From IMG/VR virus record IMGVR_UViG_3300000976_000008, positions 239,223 through 303,222 of that record: DNA of 64,000 nt. One strand, 5' to 3'. The translations under genes and the position numbers were made by a program. The notes under the pieces were generated by a model. The model ran no database searches, was not told the origin of the DNA, and saw only the letters and a list, made by a program, of their open reading frames with translations. How positions within the stretch are numbered: the first letter of the stretch is position 1; each line of letters opens with the position of its first letter. This document shows positions 29,065-39,254 of this stretch, in pieces. Source of the DNA: a virus (Duplodnaviria; Heunggongvirae; Uroviricota; Caudoviricetes).

Positions 29065-29474
29065 TCAACCTCATAAACAGCACTAATATTGACATTAGTT
29101 TTCAAAGTCAGATTGTAATAGTTTGGATAACAACTTGCGACCTGGCGTATTCTGGCAAAATGAGTAACTTGTTTCGTGGTTGAAGATTTTAATATCAATT
29201 CAACACTACGATTGAAAATATATTTCCGATCAAGATCATATTCGCTCCAAACTCTATCTCTCCACAGATACCTTTTAATACCCGCGTAATGGTAGACGCA
29301 TAATGGATCGGATTGTGGAGCTTCTAATTCCAAATGCAAATAGGAAAGTAAGATTATCCTATTCTTAAACGGACGACCAGGGATACGGTCATAATCAGTC
29401 GTATTTATGACATTGTGTTCAATTACCGAATAATAATTTGGGTCTCCCCACATATCCGGAACATCAGGTGCCAT
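29061..29474 (-). CDS. Hypothetical protein
   Basis: Coupled ORF. Confidence 0.7.
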   Translation of the reverse strand: MAPDVPDMWGDPNYYSVIEHNVINTTDYDRIPGRPFKNRIILLSYLHLELEAPQSDPLCVYHYAGIKRYLWRDRVWSEYDLDRKYIFNRSVELILKSSTTKQVTHFARIRQVASCYPNYYNLTLKTNVNISAVYEVD

Positions 29475-29670
29475 GCGGATTCCCCTTTAGGAAATCCGCA
29501 TCACTAACCAAATCATTGGCCTCGACTCGAATCATTGTTTTCTTTTCAATGCTTCGTCTCAATGTGGTCCAATTTTTTGAGATATCTCTACCCCAAGTCA
29601 CCGTTCTCATGATGACGCATATTTGTTTCCAATCGTCCTCGTCAAGCTCTATAAGCAATTTAGCCATCAA
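29464..29670 (-). CDS. Hypothetical protein
   Basis: Coupled ORF. Confidence 0.7.
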   Translation of the reverse strand: MMAKLLIELDEDDWKQICVIMRTVTWGRDISKNWTTLRRSIEKKTMIRVEANDLVSDADFLKGNPHGT

Positions 29671-30533
29671 CTTTTAGCTTCTAGAGATCTTTGGGCTATT
29701 AGGTCGCCAATTGATTGTTGGGCTACTTCTAAGCTGCTTGGCAAGCTGAGATCGACGGAAAACCATTCTTTATGTTCGCCATAATGCATTTCGTCGATGA
29801 CTAATTTATTGTCCAGTATCGACATCATCATGACTGTTTGTGGGGCGGCAAGAATCGGAACAGAAATCACTACTTTTTCTGATTCAACAGTGGTAGTTGT
29901 TGTTCCTACTCCACCATTAAATTTGTTCAACAATTCTTTGCAGATGAATGTGTCTTTTGAGCCGGTATATTTAGCGAATTTCTCTACGCTAAATTTCGCG
30001 ATAGTCTCAATTGTGCTGCTTCTGCTGAGATATAGGCCAATGTAGCCGAAAATGTTGGCTAAAAAGAGAATGATTCCCCAAACCACCATCCCACTCATAA
30101 TGACCATGATGATCGCGGCGAATTCGAACAATGGAACTGAAATCCAATGTATGATTCGCATGATTTTATGGATGGTGGATTGTGGCTGTACGATCATAGA
30201 TCGCCAGGTTTTTACGATCTGATATCGTTTTTCTTCCAACTCATCCTTATTAGCGTCACTCGGAGTGAAATTAAGAGTAAGTTTATAGCTCCACACAGTT
30301 ATGTTGACGATGAGCATCCAGATACCGAATAGAACAGTGCTAGATAGCACTAGATTCGATGCCCAATTACCTAATGGCTCTCCAAACATTTCTTGGTACA
30401 GGACATAGATACAAGCTGCCGACACAGATACTATTACTGTGGGTGCGGTCAATCGACGATACCAGGGTATTTCAGATCGTACTGAATTTACCCAACGCCA
30501 TTGAGCATCTGTAAGTTCTTTTTTAACTTCCAC
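29667..30533 (-). CDS. Membrane protein (about 4 TM) fused to family A domain
   Basis: Hydrophobic segments; C-term VDLSLPSSLEVA. Confidence 0.75.
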   Translation of the reverse strand: MEVKKELTDAQWRWVNSVRSEIPWYRRLTAPTVIVSVSAACIYVLYQEMFGEPLGNWASNLVLSSTVLFGIWMLIVNITVWSYKLTLNFTPSDANKDELEEKRYQIVKTWRSMIVQPQSTIHKIMRIIHWISVPLFEFAAIIMVIMSGMVVWGIILFLANIFGYIGLYLSRSSTIETIAKFSVEKFAKYTGSKDTFICKELLNKFNGGVGTTTTTVESEKVVISVPILAAPQTVMMMSILDNKLVIDEMHYGEHKEWFSVDLSLPSSLEVAQQSIGDLIAQRSLEAKS

Positions 30534-31101
30534 TGAGCAGATCTCCTATCCCTTTTACCACTTCTCTTTGATTCAAGAAAGTGACTCTTTTTTCTTTACC
30601 AATTTTGACAATGAATTCATCGGTCTCGGAGTCGTATCTTGCTAGCCGAGTATAGTTATTTCCATTTAGGAAAAACCTCAATTTTACACGCAACTGTACG
30701 TTACTGTCAGGACTCTCTATCTCATTGACAGTTGCTGCAATTGGTGTCGCCGAGACACAGATTGCAGGTCGGAAGGTTACTGTGCCATAATTGATTGTCG
30801 ATTTCCGTTTTATTGCTACTCGTCTATCAATTTCAGCTTTTAATAGCTTTCCGACCTTTGTGCATTTCTTACCATTTCGAGATTGTAAAAATTGCTCCCA
30901 ATAGACCTGTACCGGTGAATCATAATAAGTTCCAAGATCTCGAATTCTCACTGCTATACATTGAGGCATTTTGCCTTTGACAGCTTTTGCTACAACAGCA
31001 TTGACTGCAGCGATACTAACCGTCACAGTGTGAAGTTTCCCAAGTGTCATAGCTTGAGTGATTAAAGGGAATTTGATTGTGTCTGTATCATTCTGGGGCA
31101 T
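30523..31101 (-). CDS. Hypothetical protein
   Basis: Coupled ORF. Confidence 0.75.
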   Translation of the reverse strand: MPQNDTDTIKFPLITQAMTLGKLHTVTVSIAAVNAVVAKAVKGKMPQCIAVRIRDLGTYYDSPVQVYWEQFLQSRNGKKCTKVGKLLKAEIDRRVAIKRKSTINYGTVTFRPAICVSATPIAATVNEIESPDSNVQLRVKLRFFLNGNNYTRLARYDSETDEFIVKIGKEKRVTFLNQREVVKGIGDLLSGS

Positions 31102-31528
31102 TTTTACCTGATTCCTGCATCAATTTGTTTAAATGCATCGAACGGATACCATTCTGCAAAGATGCTCTAAGGTTCTTGAAAAAATCAGGATCAGCAATTT
31201 TCAAGTGTGAATCTGGATTATCCAGCATAAGACTAGCCCAATCGGTTATGACTAGTTCATCTTCTTCAACCCTCAATTCAATTGTCAGTTTCTGAGGGGA
31301 TTGTAAGAAGATTCGAAAACCTGTAGCAGCTTCTTCCGTTAGAATAGCTGTAGTGATAGATGAGTGTAAACTCTTCTGCCTCTTGAACCAGACAATCACG
31401 CTTTTCAATATTGAGTGGTCAAAAGCATCTGACTCATCAGTTTCATCCCGAACGATGAGAGGCATGAAAGTCTTTCGATAGTAAGAAGAATATGTCTGGG
31501 TCTGAAATATGATACTCAGCCCCCTCAT
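31088..31528 (-). CDS. Hypothetical, family A
   Basis: LKIADPDFFKNL; start may be downstream Met. Confidence 0.75.
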   Translation of the reverse strand: MRGLSIIFQTQTYSSYYRKTFMPLIVRDETDESDAFDHSILKSVIVWFKRQKSLHSSITTAILTEEAATGFRIFLQSPQKLTIELRVEEDELVITDWASLMLDNPDSHLKIADPDFFKNLRASLQNGIRSMHLNKLMQESGKNAPE

Positions 31529-31940
31529 GTTTCAACACATCCTTAACCATTGTAAACTTCGCGTATCCTTCTACGGAACCATCAAAGGTCCAATATATCT
31601 GCCACCAGGTGCTAGTAAAGATTTTGCAGTTAAAATGGCCACCTACCCTTTGCCAGAGCAATGATAAGATCGACAGGTAAAGCGGATTCTCTGATGGGCC
31701 AATAACATCTTCGAAGCTTCCAATAATTGGACCACGAATGGTTAAGTCTTCCCACTTGCCATTATCCTCGAAAGGCGACTGAGTAACGGCACTGGTCGAT
31801 ACGAGATTGCAATCTGAAAGAAGATACGATTGCAACTTAAACAGCGGAGTGCGATTGGGATCACCAAGACGGCCCATACGACTCCGCATGTTGGCTATCG
31901 TATCTTCCATCTTTTGAGATATGATTGCATACTTAATCAC
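31443..31940 (-). CDS. Hypothetical, family A
   Basis: YHISDPDIFFLL. Confidence 0.75.
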   Translation of the reverse strand: MIKYAIISQKMEDTIANMRSRMGRLGDPNRTPLFKLQSYLLSDCNLVSTSAVTQSPFEDNGKWEDLTIRGPIIGSFEDVIGPSENPLYLSILSLLWQRVGGHFNCKIFTSTWWQIYWTFDGSVEGYAKFTMVKDVLKHEGAEYHISDPDIFFLLSKDFHASHRSG

Positions 31941-32476
31941 TTCAACAGATCCTCAATCGTTGGGAATTCCAGGCTGTCGAGCCATGCGACCACTTTTGCC
32001 TTTTTGAGGCGATCGGGAGACATTTGGAATCTGAAGATCTTCGAGAAATTATCGTCGATGAATCTTGAGTGAACTGGGCTTGCTCGGCACGTTTCAACAA
32101 ACTCCTGAATCCCAGCTTCAGGGTTTTCATCGGCGATGACTTTTGCGTGTTCAACAATATCGTTGAAACCAGGATTCCTGTTAAAGACTCTGGCAACTCC
32201 GTACAGAATCGAGTTTGGGAATTGGGGATGGCAATATTCGTGAATCTCCCCATTCACTAGAACGTGATCATTCAGAAGTTGAAGGCTGATTAAGAGCCTT
32301 TGATGCTTCTCGCCATCATGATCAGGCACTTCTCTAGAGACATTGACAAATGTATGACAATCATCGTCATCATGCGTGTCTTGCTCGACAATCTCGATTA
32401 TGCACCAAGTCGCAAGGAATTCTCCGAGGCCAACTCTCAGAACCTCAGCAAGATTTGCTATGAATTCTTTATCCAT
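31937..32476 (-). CDS. Hypothetical, family A
   Basis: HEYCHPQFPNSI. Confidence 0.75.
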   Translation of the reverse strand: MDKEFIANLAEVLRVGLGEFLATWCIIEIVEQDTHDDDDCHTFVNVSREVPDHDGEKHQRLLISLQLLNDHVLVNGEIHEYCHPQFPNSILYGVARVFNRNPGFNDIVEHAKVIADENPEAGIQEFVETCRASPVHSRFIDDNFSKIFRFQMSPDRLKKAKVVAWLDSLEFPTIEDLLK

Positions 32477-32850
32477 CTATCCAGCCCCAATTTCGATAAT
32501 TCGCGTATGCATGTTGCGAACAAGTTGGGGTCTGATAATTCATGCTTTTTAGAAGTTTTCTCTTCAGCATCCATTATGGATATATTACCATTTTGGATGA
32601 TGGCAAAAGCTAACGGCATGACTTGAGAGGCTATTACCAACAATACCCTACGGTGTGTATTAGAGGCATTCCTAGTAATACCATCTGGCACATAAATTTG
32701 GATTTGTGCCTTATTATCAGTGACTTCTAAAATTTCTTTGCCCAGCTCTACAGCAATTTGGGCATTCATGAAGTCATAAGGTGCGTTTATATCACCTAGC
32801 TCTAGTCCGTTGGCAAACCACCTATATTGAACATTTGAGAATCGTGACAC
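32458..32850 (-). CDS. Hypothetical, family A
   Basis: HELSDPNLFATC. Confidence 0.8.
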   Translation of the reverse strand: MSRFSNVQYRWFANGLELGDINAPYDFMNAQIAVELGKEILEVTDNKAQIQIYVPDGITRNASNTHRRVLLVIASQVMPLAFAIIQNGNISIMDAEEKTSKKHELSDPNLFATCIRELSKLGLDRWIKNS

Positions 32851-32852
32851 TG

Positions 32853-33668
32853 TTACATCAACTTTGCTAAATACCTCTCGATGGCTATTTTTATCGCCTC
32901 CCTGTCAATCATCGAGCAATCATTAAAATCGATCTTCCCACCACGTGGTCGCAAATTTGGGGTAATATAAAATTTATCTTTGCGTTTATTCAAGGCGTAG
33001 TATTCTGTCATTTCAAAATTGACTAGAATATTTACATTCTCACCATTAAGAGTCCTGCCGCCAATATTGAACCAGCAATCACTACCAGGTTCTTGAACAC
33101 CATCAACAACGACATCAAGTCGATCTGTGATGATTGCCAGAGATTCACACCAGCAAGTCTTTAGAAATTGCTGAATGACCACTCTCTCGGTGTCTGTTTC
33201 GTAATACAGTGACGACGAGAAAATAAGTGGCCTCAAATCATCTTTTGTTTTGAGTCTCTTAGAGCCTGCTTGTCCTTTCAGATCTCTGATCCATTGTGCC
33301 ACTTCATCGCTTGGGATGCTTTGCCATTTTGTTGGTTCTTTTCTATCGGTTTCTTCAAGCCAACCTTCCACATACATATAGCGAAAACCAGCATTCATGC
33401 TACAACCGAATCTCGCACCAAGCTTATATGTGCCTATGTCAGTGCGAAGAGTAGCTTTAACAGAATAACCAGAATCTGAATATCGACCCTGGGAGATCTT
33501 CAAGCGAACACCGCGTTTAGGATTACTCGCTGACCAATCATGGCCTCTACTTCTCTTAAAAAGGCACGCATCGGATGCTGTTATTTTGTATCCTTCTTCT
33601 TTCAAAATCTGCAAAAGATCGTTAGATCTTTCGTTTATCTTGATTAATTCAGGATCAGTTCTTGCCAT
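32853..33668 (-). CDS. Hypothetical, family B
   Basis: EPGSDCWFNIG...KIDFND. Confidence 0.8.
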   Translation of the reverse strand: MARTDPELIKINERSNDLLQILKEEGYKITASDACLFKRSRGHDWSASNPKRGVRLKISQGRYSDSGYSVKATLRTDIGTYKLGARFGCSMNAGFRYMYVEGWLEETDRKEPTKWQSIPSDEVAQWIRDLKGQAGSKRLKTKDDLRPLIFSSSLYYETDTERVVIQQFLKTCWCESLAIITDRLDVVVDGVQEPGSDCWFNIGGRTLNGENVNILVNFEMTEYYALNKRKDKFYITPNLRPRGGKIDFNDCSMIDREAIKIAIERYLAKLM

Positions 33669-34269
33669 TGCGGAAGCTCTCTAACATTTTTTTGGAATCT
33701 TTATTGCCTGATATGTTTAACCAGTTGTAATAAGATCCCCATTCATCTTCTGATCTAAAACGTCCTGGATATTCTGTTCCGTCAATTAACAAAACCCAAT
33801 GGGTCCATGGTGCCCATTGGTCAGGCACATGTGGAGCAAAATACTCAAGATACAAGTCAGCAGTCGCTCGATCTGCTTCATCTTCTAATTGTTTGACAAG
33901 TGCAGCAACAATGTCTTGCCCATGCTTGGTTATCGCTTCTGCCTTAGACATATTCATTCTGCCGCATTGAACAAGTGCTTGCATTCTGCGGCGATGGATA
34001 TAATTATGACAAGAGTGGCAAAGTGCGACAATTTCGACTAATTCGGCTCTTCCTGCAGCCCAATCGATTTTATATGATTCGTGGGCTTCTAACAGTTGGC
34101 GAAATTTTGCTCTATTTTGATGGATTCCGCAGCAGTGGCATTTTTTATCTTCTTTTGCATATGCCTCTCTTCTTTTCTCATCCCACCATTTTCTTCCCAT
34201 CACTGTCCGGGGGGCTAGGCCATGCAAAGGTGGAGGGATCATGGGGTGGAGAAGCAGTTCTGGTCTCAT
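33655..34269 (-). CDS. HNH-like endonuclease
   Basis: PPPLHGLAPR...CHCCG...LEAHESY...ALCHSCHNYIH. Confidence 0.8.
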   Translation of the reverse strand: MRPELLLHPMIPPPLHGLAPRTVMGRKWWDEKRREAYAKEDKKCHCCGIHQNRAKFRQLLEAHESYKIDWAAGRAELVEIVALCHSCHNYIHRRRMQALVQCGRMNMSKAEAITKHGQDIVAALVKQLEDEADRATADLYLEYFAPHVPDQWAPWTHWVLLIDGTEYPGRFRSEDEWGSYYNWLNISGNKDSKKMLESFRNGKN

Positions 34270-34353
34270 GATAACACCCGCAATGGACTGTGCTTAATTC
34301 GCTTTCACAAATGTCACAATCGCCAGAATGAATATATAGGTCAAATTCGTCAA

Positions 34354-34740
34354 TCAGTCTGCCACAACCGTTGGGGCACCTGAATTTCTTTGTTTTTGTG
34401 CTGATCTCAGATGCTCCAAAATGTTTTCTACGAATTTTGGGTCTTTGATTTCGAAGATTGCTTCATTATCTTTTGTTGAAGTGTGCTTCGAAAAATAATC
34501 AGTAATCGTCGCAGTTTCACCAAGAACTTTGATCTTGTGTAGAACACAGTGATCTTTCCGCTTTTCTTCAAGTTCTTTGACGATTACGATAGATTGTTCT
34601 TCTTCGGCAGATCCAGGTGCGAAAACCTCAAGATTATAATCAAAAGCTTCATCCAAACTATGGAAAAGGCCAATTGCGATAGCAACATTGAGATTATTTG
34701 GATCAACTTGTTTTTTATCGGCCATCGAGGTATTCTCCAA
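34354..34740 (-). CDS. Hypothetical, family A
   Basis: FEIKDPKFVENI. Confidence 0.8.
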   Translation of the reverse strand: MENTSMADKKQVDPNNLNVAIAIGLFHSLDEAFDYNLEVFAPGSAEEEQSIVIVKELEEKRKDHCVLHKIKVLGETATITDYFSKHTSTKDNEAIFEIKDPKFVENILEHLRSAQKQRNSGAPTVVAD

Positions 34741-35368
34741 CTATTTTCTCAACCATCTCCAAGAAACTTGGGTTATCATAAGGAACAACCACCGATTTTC
34801 TCCTAGGAGCCATGAACTCTATTGATATTTCAGAACCACCAGCAAAAACAGCAACATCCCGATCTTCATCACCATATCGACTACTGCAGATTATACTCAC
34901 ACAGAATGAATCGGTCGGGAGATCATGATTTGCAACTAATCCTATCAAATAAGGAGGATCGAACTTTCTCAAATACTCTGCAACTCCAAAACCGATTGCA
35001 CGTACTTCATTGGGAATTCTAGAGAAAGGAATCTTGGTTTTGCTAGCATCAGCTTGATGTTTGAGAATATCAGCGAGTTCAGAAAGACCCTTATTACGAA
35101 TCGAATCGCTGGAAAGATTCAAATCATATACAAAAACCTCATGGATAGTAACACCTGGGTCGTTGACAGGACTCTCTACGTCTTTAAATGCGAAGTACCT
35201 CGCAAAAACACGAGAACTATTTTGGACTTTGGAAGGCGTTTCAGTAACACCGATTGCCTCCGCACTGCTAATTCGAATCACTAATTCAACTTGCCCATCG
35301 ATCTCAGACATCCAATAAGGATGATGAGACCTTATACGCCTACCTAATGATTCGAGGATATAGCTCAT
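34715..35368 (-). CDS. Hypothetical, family A
   Basis: VPYDNPSFLEMV. Confidence 0.8.
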   Translation of the reverse strand: MSYILESLGRRIRSHHPYWMSEIDGQVELVIRISSAEAIGVTETPSKVQNSSRVFARYFAFKDVESPVNDPGVTIHEVFVYDLNLSSDSIRNKGLSELADILKHQADASKTKIPFSRIPNEVRAIGFGVAEYLRKFDPPYLIGLVANHDLPTDSFCVSIICSSRYGDEDRDVAVFAGGSEISIEFMAPRRKSVVVPYDNPSFLEMVEKIVGEYLDGR

Positions 35369-35646
35369 ACTCGGCGAAGAATCCCAGTATCACACAAATC
35401 ACTCAGCATCTGTCGTTGCTGGATTTCAGCAGCCCTTTGGGGGTGTTTCTTCAAAATATGATCCGTGGCAGCTTTCAGATCATTGAGATCAATGAGATCG
35501 GAGCATTGCGGGCAAGCTTTTACGAAGGGACTTGGACTAGAGCCAACTAGAACACGACCTTCTTCCACAAGTTTGGCAACCTGTTCGTTTGAAAAATCTG
35601 GTGTCACACCATTTGGAATCATGTGTTCTCCATTAATCTTTTGCAA
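35365..35646 (-). CDS. Hypothetical C2H2-like Zn-finger protein
   Basis: CPQC...HILKKH. Confidence 0.7.
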   Translation of the reverse strand: MQKINGEHMIPNGVTPDFSNEQVAKLVEEGRVLVGSSPSPFVKACPQCSDLIDLNDLKAATDHILKKHPQRAAEIQQRQMLSDLCDTGILRRV

Positions 35647-36145
35647 GTTCTATATCTGGTGTTAAGTATGTCGTAATAGCAGCTTTTACTACCTCTAAAT
35701 CTAGAGTCGAAAAGCCTGACCAATCGTATGTTTCTTGAACCTTTGTGCCATTACCATGCACCCAAGCGATCAGTTCAGAGTACCCATCAGGATGCCTTAG
35801 ATAGAAATTTGATGGATTATTTCTATTGCTCTGCTCAGCACTAGCGACAGGCAAGTACAGATAATCTGAATTCACGATCAAAAAACGTGGTATTGAATGG
35901 TACTCACCGAATATGAGGAACCAAGGTTCATTGTCTGGACTATCTAAATTTCCCTCATCCAGATACCAATCATCCAATACACAAACTGGCCCAATAACTC
36001 TTGCCCAATCTAAATGATAATTGATCCTAGCCAACGGAGAATCATCGTCGACAAGAAGAGTGAACGTCGTACTTGCTCTGAATTCAATTGGTGGTGGGAA
36101 GGGCACTTTACAAATTCTTAAGGAAACGAGAAATAGCTCTTCCAA
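35633..36145 (-). CDS. Hypothetical, family B (C-terminal domain only)
   Basis: SPDNEPWFLIFG. Confidence 0.7.
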   Translation of the reverse strand: MEELFLVSLRICKVPFPPPIEFRASTTFTLLVDDDSPLARINYHLDWARVIGPVCVLDDWYLDEGNLDSPDNEPWFLIFGEYHSIPRFLIVNSDYLYLPVASAEQSNRNNPSNFYLRHPDGYSELIAWVHGNGTKVQETYDWSGFSTLDLEVVKAAITTYLTPDIELAKD

Positions 36146-36998
36146 ACAATTTGCCGTCTAGCTCAGTAGCGTCATTGTAATCAATTTTCGAGCTTCTTGG
36201 CTTAGCATCATCAATTTTATACCTCTTGCCGGATCTTTTGACGGGATAAAATTGTAATCGATTATCTGGACCTTCTTTCACAATAACCCGTGGATTCCCA
36301 TTGGCGGTTTTGACATCTATGTAAAACCAAGTATCACCATCCGGTTTGTAAATTTCTTCCTGGTTTATTGTAAGGTCATCATCGATTGTTGCAAAGCCTA
36401 GGACTTTTGCATTCCAAAACATGTTAATCATGGAGATGCTGCCATCTTCTTGCTCGAAGATGAATCCTGGTCCGATTTCTATTGGCGGGTAAAGATTTTC
36501 TCTAGATTTTTTAAGTCTATCTTTTGCTCCAACGTAATCACGCAGTTGTCTTATAACAGAAGCGATGTCCCTCTCATTCGGTTCTAACCAAGATGAGAAT
36601 TTGAACTTTTTATGTAATTTAATTTCTTTTTCGGTTATTTCACTAACGTCTACAACATGCGGAACTGCCCACCCAAGATACAATTGTTTTGGTTGTTTTC
36701 TGGGTGGGATGATCCAGGTATCACTACTGCTCTTAACAACAATTTTCATTGTTAAAGAGAATTCGCCGATCCGATGATCGTTTTGTATCTTCCCCCTGGC
36801 AAATGGTTTGTATGGGGGGCTGTAGCATTCTTCGATCGAAACCTTAACGCCTAAATCTTCATTTGTGAAAGTGACGTAGTTTTTTCTGTTTCGATTGATC
36901 CTTTGTTTGTATCCAAGGCTGCATAATTCTTGACAAATCTTCTCGGTTGTTGCTTGGATCTCAAACTCTGGATGAAAATTCGGATGTACCATTATCAC
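36108..36998 (-). CDS. Hypothetical, family B
   Basis: KPDGDTWFYID...FYPVKRSG...KIDYND. Confidence 0.8.
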   Translation of the reverse strand: MIMVHPNFHPEFEIQATTEKICQELCSLGYKQRINRNRKNYVTFTNEDLGVKVSIEECYSPPYKPFARGKIQNDHRIGEFSLTMKIVVKSSSDTWIIPPRKQPKQLYLGWAVPHVVDVSEITEKEIKLHKKFKFSSWLEPNERDIASVIRQLRDYVGAKDRLKKSRENLYPPIEIGPGFIFEQEDGSISMINMFWNAKVLGFATIDDDLTINQEEIYKPDGDTWFYIDVKTANGNPRVIVKEGPDNRLQFYPVKRSGKRYKIDDAKPRSSKIDYNDATELDGKLFGRAISRFLKNL

Positions 36999-37800
36999 TC
37001 ACATTTGAGGCATAATCCTCAATAATCTTCACAAACATCTCTTGATCTGAAGTACCAAGTAGATTCAAATCAACTGACTTCTTTGGCTGCATCTTGCCCG
37101 ATATTCTCATACTTCTACGACTCAAAGGATGAAAACACTCGCCATCAGTAATAATGTCGAACGAAGCTCCCATTGGGGATAAACAGTCGAAATGGAACCA
37201 AACTTCTTGGTCTGGTCGTTGAGCGAGACCCGGTATCGCTTTGTGATTATCTGATAAACCAACAGCACCAACTAGAATACATGATCGCACTTGGGACACT
37301 CTAGTCCATCTGTCCGCATCATCACGCATGTAATCATTTGTGTTGAAGAAAAAAGGCTGTGGGAGATCACTATCCACTGTTAAAATCTTATGCTTAGGGC
37401 AACCTCTAGCATTCCGTACAATTGAAAGGCAAGAAGGAGTAAAAAGAGGTTGCTTGTTTGCGAGACCACCAGACTGGGTTTTGATACGAACCTCCAGATG
37501 GATATGTGGGACATCAGCACAATGTCCACAATTCCTAGAGAAATAAGCATACTGCTGCTTTTTCTGATCTCTAGTCCTAGTGCATTTGAACCAACGAAGG
37601 AACACACCTTTCTCGTCATTCACGGCTGACTTCAAGTCGATGTCTTCACGCTTACGAGTTGCATTGGTACTACCAAGATCTTTATAGTAGATGTAGCTGA
37701 AAGGCTTTCTCGATTTGCCTATAACCCAACCATCATCTTCTTCAAGATATGCAACCAAGTCTTCATGTGTCAGAACATTCTTCATGTCTATATGTTTCAA
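36961..37800 (-). CDS. Hypothetical, family B
   Basis: RPDQEVWFHFD...FHPLSR. Confidence 0.8.
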   Translation of the reverse strand: MKHIDMKNVLTHEDLVAYLEEDDGWVIGKSRKPFSYIYYKDLGSTNATRKREDIDLKSAVNDEKGVFLRWFKCTRTRDQKKQQYAYFSRNCGHCADVPHIHLEVRIKTQSGGLANKQPLFTPSCLSIVRNARGCPKHKILTVDSDLPQPFFFNTNDYMRDDADRWTRVSQVRSCILVGAVGLSDNHKAIPGLAQRPDQEVWFHFDCLSPMGASFDIITDGECFHPLSRRSMRISGKMQPKKSVDLNLLGTSDQEMFVKIIEDYASNVSDNGTSEFSSRV

Positions 37801-37815
37801 GATTGACGTGATTTG

Positions 37816-38142
37816 TTAATCAGAAGTCTCAGCCTCAGCCTTAGTTTCTACCTTTTGAAAGACAGCGATCACATCAGCGACAGGAAGAATATACAATTGA
37901 TTATCTGAATCAAAATCGACGGGAATCATCCGAGATGGATTGATGAGAACTTTGTCATAGGCACGAATAGGAAGTTCTTCGTTGTTCTCGATATCTGGAG
38001 AAATCATAACGATTCTCCCGGTTAGATTCGGTTTCTTAGAACCCTCTGGAAGTGCAATCCCGCCAGCTGTTTTGGACTCGGCTTCGTCTTTCCTGAACAG
38101 AATTCTCCCCTGAAGAGGAATGATTTTATATTCTGAAACCAA
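37816..38142 (-). CDS. groES: Co-chaperonin GroES
   Basis: IIPLQGRILFRK...ESKTAGGIALPEGSK...DKVL...DVIAV. Confidence 0.9.
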   Translation of the reverse strand: MVSEYKIIPLQGRILFRKDEAESKTAGGIALPEGSKKPNLTGRIVMISPDIENNEELPIRAYDKVLINPSRMIPVDFDSDNQLYILPVADVIAVFQKVETKAEAETSD

Positions 38143-38160
38143 TTTTCTAACTCCTAGTCT

Positions 38161-38775
38161 CTAAGGCACAAAGTCTTTACCATCCAATACAATCGCTGAT
38201 CTAGTGCCATAATCCCTAGAGCGATCTTTAGAACGATTTTTATTGAAAGATGCCTCAATAATCTTACATATTATTGGTGCTAGCTTTTTTCCGCTCTCAG
38301 GAGAGCCTATCTCCACGGCATCTATGTGGAGCTTCGGAGCCTTTCCAGGACTTTTCTTGCCCCTGTTCTTGCGTCCCCGTGTTATGCGAACAATAGAAGT
38401 GATCTCGTAAACCACTTCAGAAGCATAATCATGGTCTAATTCGGTACCATACTTAAAATTAGGTGTATTCTGCCTGAAACCATTAGCAGCCCAATATCTC
38501 AACTTCAGTTTATCGCCAACAAGTAAGCATGAAATTATCCTAGGAGTTTCACCCTTTACATTGATTCTTATAGCAGCGTGCTGGAGATCATAATGGTGAT
38601 TATCAACAAAGAATGTGGTGAAAGATGTATGATTATCTAATGGATGTAAACCAATCATTAGTCCACCACTAAATGGCTTATCTCCTTTGAAGATAAATGG
38701 TTCAATCCTCCAACCTTTAGAATGATCTTTCAGATCCTGCACGAGATTTAAAACTGATGCAGCAAGCAGACTCAT
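38161..38775 (-). CDS. Hypothetical protein
   Basis: Coupled ORF. Confidence 0.75.
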   Translation of the reverse strand: MSLLAASVLNLVQDLKDHSKGWRIEPFIFKGDKPFSGGLMIGLHPLDNHTSFTTFFVDNHHYDLQHAAIRINVKGETPRIISCLLVGDKLKLRYWAANGFRQNTPNFKYGTELDHDYASEVVYEITSIVRITRGRKNRGKKSPGKAPKLHIDAVEIGSPESGKKLAPIICKIIEASFNKNRSKDRSRDYGTRSAIVLDGKDFVP

Positions 38776-39254
38776 GATTCAGATTCGTCAAAAGTGCTTA
38801 ATATGACGGTGAGAAAGCCTTCTAACTTCTCAAAGAAGTTAGGTTCTGACAATTCATAGATGAACTTCATTACGTGATCGGGGAATATATTGTCTTCCAC
38901 ATTCTTGTAGAATATGACATCTAATGAACATGTCAGGTCCAAAACAGTCATCTTGGAAATAGAGAAAGAGCATTTCTTTCCGCGAACAGCCAAGACAGGC
39001 AGATACAGGCCACTGTCTGAAATCTTCTTGACTATCTTGTATCGGCATCTATCTTTCACATATTTAAGAATGTGATGTTTGACGCCGTTATAAACTTCAA
39101 GTAAACCCACAGGCACTGGATATGGCTTCAGTTTATTCTCTCTCCGTTTTCGATTCTTTTTCATTATCCTGGATAATCGAACAATTCTTCTCTGCTTCTT
39201 TTGGCTATTCGTTAGCCTCCTACCACTTCGATTACCCATAGCCATTTCCATCAT
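38772..39254 (-). CDS. Hypothetical, family A
   Basis: YELSEPNFFEKL. Confidence 0.8.
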   Translation of the reverse strand: MMEMAMGNRSGRRLTNSQKKQRRIVRLSRIMKKNRKRRENKLKPYPVPVGLLEVYNGVKHHILKYVKDRCRYKIVKKISDSGLYLPVLAVRGKKCSFSISKMTVLDLTCSLDVIFYKNVEDNIFPDHVMKFIYELSEPNFFEKLEGFLTVILSTFDESES

